A stretch of 64,000 nt of DNA from Planctomycetota bacterium (lineage in GTDB: Bacteria > Planctomycetota > B15-G4 > SIAN01), in the NCBI GenBank assembly GCA_031409275.1, contig JANNXA010000034.1, forward strand, positions 32,001-96,000, in the 5' to 3' direction. Position 1 is the first letter of the stretch. The number at the start of each line of letters is the position of its first letter. The translations under genes and the position numbers were made by a program. Below, one piece after another: positions 46,998 to 56,645 of this stretch. The notes beneath the pieces were generated by a model. The model searched no databases. It worked only from the letters and a program-made list of their open reading frames with translations, and was not told the DNA's origin.

Positions 46998-48266
46998 GTG
47001 CTGCATCTGGCTGCGCTCGCCCTCGGCTTCTCGATGGTGTCTGCGGTGGCGAACGGCGGCGCCGGTCAAGCGGCCGAGGCGATCGTCTGGGAGCGGGAGG
47101 TCGCGGTCGCGCAGGCGCGCGCCGCTCGCGAGCAGAAGCCGTTGCTGATGGTGCTGCGCTGCGAGAGGTGAGTGGATTGCAGCGCGTTCGACGGCCAGTT
47201 GGCCGCCGCCACCCCCGAGATCGTCGCGCTGGCCGCCAGCTTCGTCTGCGTGCGCGTCACCGACCTGCGCACGCTCGACCTCGCCCGCTGGCGCGTCGAC
47301 TTCGATCTCACGTTCGCCGCGCTGACCGCGACCCCGGAAGGTGCCGTGCTCCATCGCTACGGCGGCCGCGATGCGCGCGACGCCGAGGCGTTCCTCTCGC
47401 TGCCGTCGTTCGCGGCGTTCCTGCGCGGCTCACTGGCGCGCTTCACGGATGCGGCGCAGCGCCCGGCCGCGCCACCGGCCACGCTGGCGCCCCGCACGAT
47501 CGAGGCTTCGCCGACCTTCGCGCGACGCGATGCCGAGAAGCGCGTCGATTGCGTCCATTGCCACACCGTGAACGACTTCGAGCATCACGACGCCGTGGCC
47601 GAGGGCCGCTTCCGGCGCGACCAGATCTTCGTCTTCCCCGATCCTGCTCGGCTGGGTCTCGAAGTCGAGCGCGACGATCAGCAACAGGTCGCGCAGGTGA
47701 CGGCCGGCGGTGCTGCGGGGCGAGCGGGCCTTGCCGTTGGCGATCGACTGGCCACGGTCGCCGGGCAGCCGCTGTTGACGCGCGCCGACCTGCAGTGGGT
47801 GCTGCACCAGCAGCCGACGGGCGCGTGCGTGGTCGAGGTGGGAATCGTGCGGGCGGGCGCATCGCAGCGGTTGCGAATCAACCTGCGCGCCGGCTGGAAG
47901 GAGGCGGACGCCCTCGAGTACGCGTGGCGGCCCTACAAGTGGAACCTCACGCCAGGACCGGGATTCGGCGGCAAGCTGCTCGACGCGAAGCGCAAAGCGG
48001 AGCTCGGCCTCGCGCCCGACGCCTTCGCTCAGGAAGTCGGCTACCTCGTGACGTGGGGCGAGAAGGCGGCGACCGGCAAGAGCGCCAGCGCGGCAGGCTT
48101 GAAGAAGGGCGACGTCGTGGTCGGCGTCGCCGGCCAGCGCGACTTCAAGAGCGAGGACCATTTCCAGGCGTGGTTCCGTCTCACGCGCAAGGTGGGCGAA
48201 GTGGTCGATCTCGACATCATCCGCGCCGGCAAGCGCCAGACGCTGCGGATGAAGGTGGTCGAGTAG
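46998..48266 (+). CDS. Probable selenoprotein (Sec58, 422 aa): thioredoxin-7-like CxxUxxC, CxxCH and PDZ-like domains (Trx7/PDZ type)
   Basis: AAGGAG RBS, GTG 46998, signal peptide, then 'IVW...AAREQKPLLMVLRCER*VDCSAFD' with in-frame TGA at 47169-47171 running into ORF 47172-48266; CVHCH; two AA..AGL..GD PDZ motifs; SECIS-like hairpin. Confidence 0.85.
47169..47212 (+). promoter_or_regulatory. Candidate bacterial SECIS element
   Basis: UGA-GUGG...CGGCC-AGUU-GGCCG-ccg-CCAC. The apical loop has G at position 2 and starts 25 nt after the UGA. Confidence 0.55.
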
Positions 48267-48293
48267 CCCGCGCGCTTCGCGGGCGTCCGTGCG

Positions 48294-49778
48294 CTAGCGC
48301 GAGGCCGGCTGCGGAGCGGTGTCGAGCGTCGGCATCACGGCGGGCACGCCGTTGGGGAACAGCTGCTGGCGCTGCTTCACGATTTCGAGCGCGGCGACGC
48401 GGTACGCCTCGGCCAACGTCGGGAAGTTGAAGATGTTGTCGACGAAGCAGTCGACCTCGGTGTCGGCGATCAGCGCCATCTGGCCGACGTGGATCAGCTC
48501 GCAGGCGCCTTCGCCGACGATCTGCACGCCGAGCATCCGCTTGCCGCCGGGATCGGCCACCAGCTTCAGCATCCCGTCCTGGATCGCGCTGATCTGGCCG
48601 CGCGCGAGCTCTTCGTAGCGGGCGCGCCCGACGATGCAGCCGCCGTACTTCTTGATCGCGTCGACCTCGGTGAGGCCGACCTGCGACATCTCGGGGATGG
48701 AGTAGATGCCGGCCGGGATCGTCTCCGAGCCGTGGCCCAGCGTGAGGCCGAGCGCGTGGCAGACCGCGCGCCGCCCCTGCTCCATCGAGGAGGAGGCGAG
48801 CGCGGGCGGCCCGATCACGTCGCCGACGGCGTAGATGTGCGGCACCGTGGTGGCGCAATGGGCATCGACGGCCAGCAATCCGCGGTCGTTCACGGCGAGG
48901 CCGGCGGCCGCGAGGTTGAGCTCATCGACGTTGGACAGGCGACCGAGGCAGCAGAGCAGCCGCTCGGATCGCACCTCGGTGCCATCGTCGAGCGTGGTGA
49001 CGACGGTGTCGATGCCATCCCATTCGACCTTCACGTGGCGGCGGCCGCCGAGGTACTTGCCACCGCTGCGGTGGAAGGCGACGACGAACTTGTCGGTGAT
49101 CTCGGAATCGAGGAAGCCGAGCGGGCGCGGGCCCTTGTCGATCATCGTCACCTTGACGCCGAGCGCCGCGAAGATCGACGCGTACTCGCTGGCGATGACG
49201 CCAGCGCCCAGCACGGTCAGCGACCTCGGCATCCACGTCATCGAGAGGATCGAGTCGCTGTCGAGGATCTTGTCGTGGTCGACCGGCACGTCGGGGGGAG
49301 TGCGCGGGCGCGAGCCGGTGGCGACGATGATCAGATCCGCGCGGGCGCGACGGATCGAGCCGTTGACCAGCTCGATCGCGATGGTGTGCGCGTCGAGGAA
49401 GCTCGCGCGACCATGGAGCTTGGTCGCGCCGTTGCGCTTCAACTGCTCGGTCATGAAGCGCTCGTGCGCCTTCACGACCTCTTCCATGCGCGTCATCAGG
49501 CTCGCGACTTCGAGGTCCTCGCGCACGGTGATCGGGAAGACCTCGCCGGTCTTGCGCCGGAACGCGGTGAAGGCGAGCGCCGTCTCGCGCAGCGTCTTGC
49601 TCGGGATGGTGCCGCGATGGACGCAGGCGCCGCCCACATGGGTCTCGCGTTCGATGAGGAGCACCGTCTTGCCGGCCTTGGCGGCCTGGATGGTCGCCTT
49701 GTGACCGGCCGGACCGCTGCCGATCACGATCACGTCGAACGGTTCGATCTCGCCGTGCGCGGCCGGGCCGGTGCTCAC
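48294..49778 (-). CDS. sthA: Si-specific soluble NAD(P)+ transhydrogenase
   Basis: VIGSGPAG, GGACVHRGTIPSKTLRE, GAGVIASEYASIF, GDVIGPPALAS.SMEQGR, ELIHVGQ, FNFPTLAEAY; GTGA overlap. Confidence 0.92.
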   Translation of the reverse strand: MSTGPAAHGEIEPFDVIVIGSGPAGHKATIQAAKAGKTVLLIERETHVGGACVHRGTIPSKTLRETALAFTAFRRKTGEVFPITVREDLEVASLMTRMEEVVKAHERFMTEQLKRNGATKLHGRASFLDAHTIAIELVNGSIRRARADLIIVATGSRPRTPPDVPVDHDKILDSDSILSMTWMPRSLTVLGAGVIASEYASIFAALGVKVTMIDKGPRPLGFLDSEITDKFVVAFHRSGGKYLGGRRHVKVEWDGIDTVVTTLDDGTEVRSERLLCCLGRLSNVDELNLAAAGLAVNDRGLLAVDAHCATTVPHIYAVGDVIGPPALASSSMEQGRRAVCHALGLTLGHGSETIPAGIYSIPEMSQVGLTEVDAIKKYGGCIVGRARYEELARGQISAIQDGMLKLVADPGGKRMLGVQIVGEGACELIHVGQMALIADTEVDCFVDNIFNFPTLAEAYRVAALEIVKQRQQLFPNGVPAVMPTLDTAPQPASR

Positions 49779-50656
49779 AGGACGGTCTCCGCAGCGGTAG
49801 CGATCGCTTCCTTCTTCTTCAGCAGGCCCTCGAGCTCGTCGCGATAGACGTTCAACGGCACGAGCATCGGATGGGAGCGGAGCGACTCTTCGGCGACTTC
49901 GCGCGGGCCCACCGCGAAATGGGCGAGGTCGTCGGCGAGGTTCACCATCATCGCGCTCTGCGCGAAGTTGGGCGCTTCCTGCGGACGGTGGTGGTAGGCG
50001 ATGGTCTCGGCGATGCGCTCGGGGAGCTTCCAGCTCTCCACGAGCTGCGAGCCGACCGCGGCGTGCATGCTGTCGAGGATGTCGTCGACCAGGTTCGACT
50101 CGACGCCGAGCTTGAGATCGCGCTGCACGTCGGCAAGGAGCTGCCAGAGGACCGGCTTGCCGGCGTCGTGCAGCAGCCCGCACAGGAAGGCGTCCTCGAC
50201 GTTCCAGCGGCGCAGGCGGGCGATCTCCTGCGCGAACGCGGCGGCGGCGATCGAGTGCTTGAAGATCGCGCGGACCTGGACGTCGTAGCCGGGGACCCGG
50301 AAGACCTTGGTCTGCGTCGCGATCAGGAGCGCGATCTCCCTGATCTTCTTCATGCCGAGCCGGCTGACCGCCTGCTGCAGCGAGACGATCGGCGCCGTCG
50401 GTGCGTAGAGGGCGGAGTTGGAGATGCGCAGCACGTGCCCGGCCAGCGACGCGTCACGCTGGATGATCTCGCCGAGCTTGCGCACCTCGCAGTTCTCGTC
50501 GGCGGCGGCCTGCATCACGCGCGATGCCGCCTCGGGCAGCATCGGCAGGTCGAAGGAGCCAGCGGTGATCTTGTCGAGGAAGTGCCCGCGGAAACGCGCG
50601 ACCGTGTCGGCCACGCTGCCGATTCCAGCCGTCGTCGCTTTCACGCTGTCCGCCAT
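49775..50656 (-). CDS. HDOD domain protein
   Basis: LPMLP, D.SLA..VLRISNS.LY, AVSRLG, GLLHDAGK, H..VG..L...W.LP, IAYHH. Confidence 0.92.
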   Translation of the reverse strand: MADSVKATTAGIGSVADTVARFRGHFLDKITAGSFDLPMLPEAASRVMQAAADENCEVRKLGEIIQRDASLAGHVLRISNSALYAPTAPIVSLQQAVSRLGMKKIREIALLIATQTKVFRVPGYDVQVRAIFKHSIAAAAFAQEIARLRRWNVEDAFLCGLLHDAGKPVLWQLLADVQRDLKLGVESNLVDDILDSMHAAVGSQLVESWKLPERIAETIAYHHRPQEAPNFAQSAMMVNLADDLAHFAVGPREVAEESLRSHPMLVPLNVYRDELEGLLKKKEAIATAAETVL

Positions 50657-50781
50657 TCCGCGCGCTCTCCCGTCTCCTCTTCGGCGAGAAGAGGCGTGTG
50701 ACTGGGATGGACGTGCGCGAGGAAGGCGGCGGGGACGCGAACTTTTTTCGAGGGGAGCGGCCGCGGCCGGCTCCCGTTCGG

Positions 50782-52596
50782 TCAGTGGGTGCCCTGGCCC
50801 TCGGTGACCACGTGCTCGCGGTCGAGCGCGAGGTCGGCGAAGCGCTCGCGCTTGCCCGACGGCCAGCGCACCTCGACGGTCGCCGTCGTCTCCGTGGTCG
50901 AGCCGAGCCCGAAGGTCGCCGCGATGTCGCATTGGCTCAGGTACGAGGAGCCGGTGCGCACGTCGCGACGCAGCGTCTTGCCGCCGGTGGTGAGCGTGAC
51001 CACGGCGCCGATGGCGTCGCGGTTCTTCCCGGTGCCGCGCGGGCGGATGCGCAGCCAGCGGTGCTTGAGCGCCTGGTCGTTGCGCATGACGATCGCGGCG
51101 CGGCCGTTCTGGGTCATGACGAAGTCGAGGTCGCCGTCACCGTCGAGGTCGCCGGAAGTGGCTCCGCGCGCGACGACCGGGCGGGTGAAGACCTCGCCCG
51201 ACTTCGCGCTGACGTCGGCGAAGGTGCCGTCGCCGCGGTTCCAGAACAGCTGGGTCGGCTGCTCGTAGGCGACGTCCTTCTGGACCGACTGGATCTCCGG
51301 CTCGATGTGACCGTTGCAGACGAGGATGTCGTGGCAGCCGTCGAGGTCGTAGTCGCAGAAGACGACGGCGAAGGTCAGCGAGAGGTTGGTCGGCGTGGCG
51401 ACGCGCGCGGCGCCGGCGCGATCGATGAAGAAGATCTTGTCGCCGGTCTGCGTGTACATCGCGATCGGCTCCTTCGAGAAGTTGCCGATCGAGATGACGA
51501 GCTTGCCGTCGTTGCACACGTCGCAGGCGTCGATGCCCATGCCCGCTCGTGCGCGGCCGATCTCGTCGAACGCGATGCCCGCCTCGTTGGCCATCTCGGA
51601 GTAGCGGCCGTCGGGCTGGCTCACGAAGAGGTAGTTCGGTTCGGTGTCGTTGCTGACCGCGAAGTCGGGGCGGCCATCGCCGTTCACGTCGGCGACGGCG
51701 ACGCCGAGCGCCTTGCTGTCCTTGCGCAGGATGCCGGCGCGCTCCGTGACGTCCTCGAAGGAGCCGTCACCCTTGCCGCGCCACAGGCGGCAGCTGTCCG
51801 CTTCGTACTTGGTGGGGATGGTGTAGGCCTTGACCGACCCCAGCATCTCGAGGACGTCGTTCTCGATCGACCAGTGCACGTAGCCGCAGACGAACAGGTC
51901 GAGCACGCCGTCGCAGTCGTAGTCGACCCACGCGGCGCTCGTCGACCAGGCCGGGTGCACGCGCCCCTGCTTGTCGGTCCAGGTCGTGGTCTTCAGGCCC
52001 GAAGCTTCGGTGACGTCGACGAACTTGCCGCCATCGTTGCGCAGCAGGTGGTTTGGCCCGAGCGCGGTGATGAAGAGGTCCGCGTCGCCATCGCCGTCGT
52101 AGTCGGCCGCCGTCGCGCCCATGCCGATCAGCGACAGGCCGCAGCCGGCGGCTTGCGTCACATCCTCGAACTTCATGCCGCCGAGGTTCTTGTAGAGCTT
52201 GCAGGTCGGCGCCGGGTCGCTCGCGTGGTCGGGCCACTCTGCGCCCTGCAGGAAGAAGAGGTCTTGCTTGCCATCGGCGTCGTAGTCGAGCATCGCGACG
52301 CCCGCGCCCATCGTCTCCGGCAGGTACTTCTTGCCGCGCGCGCCGCTCACGTGGGTGAAGGCGATGCCGGACGCCGCAGTGGCATCCGCGAAGGCAACGG
52401 CGGGCGCCGCTTTGCCGCCGGTGTCGCGCGGGTCGAACTTCTCCTTGGGAACGTAGGTCTCGGGCGCGATGGGCGTCACCACCTCGACCTTCTTCTCTTC
52501 GCCGCAGCCGGCAAGGAGAGCGACGGTGGCGAGCGAGCTCGCGCCGAGGGTGGTGAAGGTGACGAGTCGAGCGGGACGCGAGTGCGAGCGGGGCAT
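50782..52596 (-). CDS. CRTAC1-family lipoprotein (FG-GAP repeats + ASPIC/UnbV)
   Basis: Lipobox LAGC; ETMGAG, repeated DxDGDG motifs, NRDAIGA.V, GSSYLSQ, FGLG, VRWPSG; alternative GTG 52668 coupled to the upstream stop. Confidence 0.9.
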   Translation of the reverse strand: MPRSHSRPARLVTFTTLGASSLATVALLAGCGEEKKVEVVTPIAPETYVPKEKFDPRDTGGKAAPAVAFADATAASGIAFTHVSGARGKKYLPETMGAGVAMLDYDADGKQDLFFLQGAEWPDHASDPAPTCKLYKNLGGMKFEDVTQAAGCGLSLIGMGATAADYDGDGDADLFITALGPNHLLRNDGGKFVDVTEASGLKTTTWTDKQGRVHPAWSTSAAWVDYDCDGVLDLFVCGYVHWSIENDVLEMLGSVKAYTIPTKYEADSCRLWRGKGDGSFEDVTERAGILRKDSKALGVAVADVNGDGRPDFAVSNDTEPNYLFVSQPDGRYSEMANEAGIAFDEIGRARAGMGIDACDVCNDGKLVISIGNFSKEPIAMYTQTGDKIFFIDRAGAARVATPTNLSLTFAVVFCDYDLDGCHDILVCNGHIEPEIQSVQKDVAYEQPTQLFWNRGDGTFADVSAKSGEVFTRPVVARGATSGDLDGDGDLDFVMTQNGRAAIVMRNDQALKHRWLRIRPRGTGKNRDAIGAVVTLTTGGKTLRRDVRTGSSYLSQCDIAATFGLGSTTETTATVEVRWPSGKRERFADLALDREHVVTEGQGTH

Positions 52597-52664
52597 GTCA
52601 GGTTCCGGAAGAGGAGGTCGTGAGAGAGGAGGTCGACCGGCCAGGCGGAGCGATGGCGCTCGAG

Positions 52665-55523
52665 TCACGAGCCGCCGGCCTTCGGCTTGGCCGGCAGCGG
52701 CGCGAGCTCATGCGCGTGCACGGTGTTCGTCTCGAGGTTGGCGTGCGGATCCTTGTGGCGGAAGTCGTTGGTGAGCGCCTGCGCCGACTCGTCGATCTGG
52801 TACTTCTCGTACGCCTTCGACGCCTCCTCCGCCTCGGCCGTGCGACCGAGCGCCTGCAGGTTCAGCATGCGGTGGTAGTGCGCCTCGCGGTCCTCGGGAT
52901 CGATGTCGAGCACCATCCCGTAGGCCTCGAGCGACTCGGGGAACTTCTGGTCGAGGTAGTACGTGCGGCCGAGCCGGCGCCACGTGTCGCGATCGGCGGG
53001 GAACTCCTGCAGCACGCGCTGGTACGCCTCGATCGCCTGCGCGTAGCGGCCATCTTCCTGCAGGCCGTTGCCCCAGACCCAGGCGGTCTGCGGATCGCCC
53101 GGCGCGAGCTCCTCGCACTTCGACAACAGCTCGAGCGCGCGCGCGATGCTGCCGTCGGTCAGCGCGTTGCGCGCCATGTTGCGGAAGCCGTCGACTTTCG
53201 CCGGCGCCACGCGCTGCACTTCGGCGAACCCGATCTCGGCGAGGCGCGTGTCGCCCTTCAGCATCATCGCGATGCCGTAGTCGTTGGGTCGGATCCACTG
53301 GTCGGGCGAGGCGTAGACGGCCGGCGGCGTCGGGTGCACCGTTTCGCCCATGGCGGCGACGCGCAGCGACACCTTGCTGCCGGCGATCTTGGTGACCGGG
53401 AGGTCGATCTTCTTGTCCGGGGTCTTCGCGAAGACGAAGTCGGTGTAGTGCTGCTTGAACTTGCGCCATTGGAGGTTCGCGGTGAGATCGAGCGTCGTGC
53501 CTGCCGCGCTCGCCGGCACCACGAACTGGTAGCGCACCACGTCGGACGTCGAGGGACCGATCACGTTGGCGTAGAGGCCGACGTGGAAGTCATGCGGATT
53601 GCGCAGCTTCGCCTCGGTCCCGTCGTGGGCGATGATCACCGCGCCGTAGCGATGCGCTGCCGGGTCGAGGTGCTGGTCGGGGCCGATCCAACCGCTGTGC
53701 AGCAGCTGGCCGCCGCCCTGCTGGTCGACCATGAACTCGAGGAAGCCTTCGTTGCTGTCGTTGGTGCCGCCCGGGAAGGTGTGTCCCACTCCCTTGTTGC
53801 GCACGACGACCTGCACTTCGATTCGCTCGCCCGGCACCAGGACCGGCTGGGTGCGATCGAGCGCGGTGACGACTTCGGTCTCGTTGCCCTGCGCGTCGAG
53901 GCGCCGCAGCGCGAAGACGTCGACGCGCATCTTCTCGTCCTGGAGGAAGTGCTCGATCCGCTGCAGCGTGTCGGTGTCGCCGCGCAGCGCCGGCAGCCCC
54001 GTGTTGGCCGCGAGGAAGCGGTGCGACTTGACCTTGCCGTCCTTCGAAGAGACGTCGCCGAGCGGCGCCTCCTCGAGCGGCATGTGGCAGTCCTGGCAGT
54101 TCTTCTTCACCGGAGCGCCGGTGACCGGATCGCGCGGTCGGTAGAAGGTGCGCGCGGCGTTCTGCGCCACGCCGCTGTCGTGCCAGTTGTCGTATTCGTT
54201 CTGTCCGCGGAACCAGCGGTACTTGTTGACCGGCACGTCGAGCGCGACCTTGTGGCACGTCGCGCAGAACTCGCTGGTCTTGAAGAACGGCTTCAGCATC
54301 CGTTCCTTGTGCACGTTCGGCTTCGCCTTGAGGACGATGTCGCCGATCGCGCGCAACGTCCCTTCGCTGGTGTCGTCGAAGAGGTAGGGCGACTCGCGGT
54401 CGTCGGGGATGTTGTAGGCGCCGTTGCCGGTCCGATTGTGCAGCGAGTCGATCGTGTGGCAGGCCAGGCAGGTGAGTCCTGCCTGCGCGTTGGGGCCGTC
54501 CGGATCGAATTCCTTGCCGATCTCGCCGGCCAGCATCAGTGCCGGCTCGTGGCAGCCCGAGCACCACTGCGACGGCTGCTTGCCGATGTCGGGCCGCTCG
54601 CGCATCGCGAGGAAGGACGCCCGATAGAACGGGTTGTTCATCGAGCTGAAGCGGTGCGCCGACTTGCTCCACTGCTCCACCACGTCGGGGTGGCAGCGCT
54701 GGCAGGTGACCGCGCCGATCTGGATGTCCTTCACGTAGCCGTACTTCGCGACCTCATCCTTCAATTGCGCCGCGTCGGGCAGCTCGCCGCGCGTGACGAC
54801 GGCCGACGCCATCCATTCGCCGGTCGCCGTGGTCGCCGGCGACGGGAAGAAGCGGCTGCTCGTGGGCACTTCGGTGAACGAGACGAAGGGGTGGAACGGG
54901 TCGATCGACGCGTCCTGCAGCAGCTCATCTTTCGGGACGGTGGCGAGCACGGTGCCGCGATCGATCGCGATGATGCGGTCGGAACGTTTGGGCAGCGTGA
55001 CCACATGGATGCCGAGCGCGAGGATGGCTGCGACGCAGGCACCGCCGATCGCCTTGCCGATCGAGCTCCAGGTCGGCGGCGTGACCGACGTCACGCGGTG
55101 GATGATGTAGACCAGCGGCAGCCCGACGCCGAGCCCGATGTGCGTCCAGTACTGCGGTTGGTTATCGCGGCTGTTGGCGGCCGTCATGATGAACAAGCCG
55201 CTCAGCATCAGGCCGACCATCGCGAGGATCAGCGAGACGCCGGTGCTGACGGCGACACCGTGGCGGCGCGCCCACGCGCGACCGAGGTGCCACACGGCGA
55301 AGATCAGCGCGCACGGGGTCAGCGCGATGCCGAGCAGCGTGTGGCCGAGCACCATCGACTGATAGAAGACGGGCAGCGTGTCGGGCGGCAGCCGGAACTG
55401 CTCGGTCGCTTCGGTCACGCGGAAGAGCAGCAGGAAGAGCGCGTTCGCGAGCATCGCGAGCCCGCCCCAGACGATGACCTTCAACAACACCCGCTGCGCG
55501 GGCGTCAGGATGCTCTGTCCCAT
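52665..55523 (-). CDS. Membrane-anchored pentaheme c-type cytochrome with C-terminal TPR repeats
   Basis: About 5 N-terminal TM helices with His pairs; CQRCH, CSGCH, CLACH, CATCH, CQDCH; GHTFPGGT; TPR-like C-terminus; GGAG RBS. Confidence 0.88.
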   Translation of the reverse strand: MGQSILTPAQRVLLKVIVWGGLAMLANALFLLLFRVTEATEQFRLPPDTLPVFYQSMVLGHTLLGIALTPCALIFAVWHLGRAWARRHGVAVSTGVSLILAMVGLMLSGLFIMTAANSRDNQPQYWTHIGLGVGLPLVYIIHRVTSVTPPTWSSIGKAIGGACVAAILALGIHVVTLPKRSDRIIAIDRGTVLATVPKDELLQDASIDPFHPFVSFTEVPTSSRFFPSPATTATGEWMASAVVTRGELPDAAQLKDEVAKYGYVKDIQIGAVTCQRCHPDVVEQWSKSAHRFSSMNNPFYRASFLAMRERPDIGKQPSQWCSGCHEPALMLAGEIGKEFDPDGPNAQAGLTCLACHTIDSLHNRTGNGAYNIPDDRESPYLFDDTSEGTLRAIGDIVLKAKPNVHKERMLKPFFKTSEFCATCHKVALDVPVNKYRWFRGQNEYDNWHDSGVAQNAARTFYRPRDPVTGAPVKKNCQDCHMPLEEAPLGDVSSKDGKVKSHRFLAANTGLPALRGDTDTLQRIEHFLQDEKMRVDVFALRRLDAQGNETEVVTALDRTQPVLVPGERIEVQVVVRNKGVGHTFPGGTNDSNEGFLEFMVDQQGGGQLLHSGWIGPDQHLDPAAHRYGAVIIAHDGTEAKLRNPHDFHVGLYANVIGPSTSDVVRYQFVVPASAAGTTLDLTANLQWRKFKQHYTDFVFAKTPDKKIDLPVTKIAGSKVSLRVAAMGETVHPTPPAVYASPDQWIRPNDYGIAMMLKGDTRLAEIGFAEVQRVAPAKVDGFRNMARNALTDGSIARALELLSKCEELAPGDPQTAWVWGNGLQEDGRYAQAIEAYQRVLQEFPADRDTWRRLGRTYYLDQKFPESLEAYGMVLDIDPEDREAHYHRMLNLQALGRTAEAEEASKAYEKYQIDESAQALTNDFRHKDPHANLETNTVHAHELAPLPAKPKAGGS

Positions 55524-55563
55524 TCCGTCTGCATCTCCGTCAGAGTCGCGATGGTCGCCGGCC

Positions 55564-55730
55564 TTGGAGTCCTGCTCCCGAAGTCTGCCTCACCCTTCGG
55601 GGCGCCCTTCACGCATGACTTCGTCGGGCCTCCTCATCGACTTCCCTCGAAGTCGATGTCGTCGGCCCGCCTCGCCTTGCACGAATCTCGCCTCGGACTC
55701 CTCTCCCGAACTTCGGGATGAGGACACTAG
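55564..55730. mobile_element. 167-bp palindromic MITE-like interspersed element, copy B
   Basis: TIR gtcctgctcccgaagt (55569-55584) / acttcgggatgaggac (55710-55725); ends in CTAG; interior homologous to 7115-7281. Confidence 0.6.
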
Positions 55731-55755
55731 GAGCGTGATCGGCCGCTGCCGCCTC

Positions 55756-55770
55756 GCGAGTGGGGTGCCA
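55756..55770 (-). promoter_or_regulatory. Candidate sigma54 promoter for the pentaheme-TPR/CRTAC1 operon
   Basis: Minus strand reads TGGCAC-CCCAC-TCGC (GG-N10-GC). Confidence 0.35.
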
Positions 55771-56105
55771 TCTTGGGCATTCGCCCCGCGGGGCTCGCGA
55801 AGCCGAGTGGATGGCACGTCGCAAGCCGAAGCGAACGTGCCGCTGGCCGGTCGCCGAGAAATTCACGACACGATCGTTAAGTCATTTCAGAATAGACAGT
55901 TGCGTCATTCACAGGAACGCCGGTGGCAGCGCCGAACGGGTGCGACCCGAGGTGCTTTGGGACGTCGCGTCCTGACCTCGCGCGGCCATCGGGACGCGAA
56001 GTCTCAACTCGCTCGCGAGGCTGCGTACGGGGATGCCGTGCCCGCGCGCGTGTCGCCCCAGCAAGTTCGCGCGCCTCGCGTGGGATTTCGAGCCGAGCGG
56101 CGTGC

Positions 56106-56552
56106 TCAGTCGGCTCGCATCCCCTTTGACTCCTCGGGCGCCGGCGCCGCCGCCGGCGCCGGCTTCGGTTCGGGTTCGCTCCAGCCGTAGCGCGATGGCA
56201 GCGGCAGCGGATCGTGGAAGAGCGTGCCCGCGCCGATCTCCAGCATCAGCACGCGCACGCGAGCACCGACCACGCCGACGCCCACTCCCGCCAGCGGCCA
56301 GAGGTCGAGGGAGAAGAACTCGCCATCACGTTCGGCTTCGTTCAGCAGTCCGAGCTCGATCAGGTTGCCGTTCCAGCGCGGCCAGGCGCTGGTCGTGGCG
56401 TAGATCACGCCCGGCCCGTCGACCTCGAAGCGATCGGGCGAGTCCTCGAAGCCGCACGTGACGTGGATGCATCCGGGCGCCGCAAGGCCGACGGTGGCAA
56501 GCAGCGCCGCCGCTGCGAGGCGGCAGACGGGACGAGCGGGCGCGATCGGCAT
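56106..56552 (-). CDS. Hypothetical lipoprotein
   Basis: AGGAG RBS; hydrophobic leader ending APGC. Confidence 0.6.
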   Translation of the reverse strand: MPIAPARPVCRLAAAALLATVGLAAPGCIHVTCGFEDSPDRFEVDGPGVIYATTSAWPRWNGNLIELGLLNEAERDGEFFSLDLWPLAGVGVGVVGARVRVLMLEIGAGTLFHDPLPLPSRYGWSEPEPKPAPAAAPAPEESKGMRAD

Positions 56553-56645
56553 CGAAGGGCTCCTGAGCAACCACGGCGGCGGGCGTCGCTCGCGCGAGTG
56601 GCGGTCGACCGGGGAGTCGCGGTCGGCACGAAGCGTTGGAATCGT

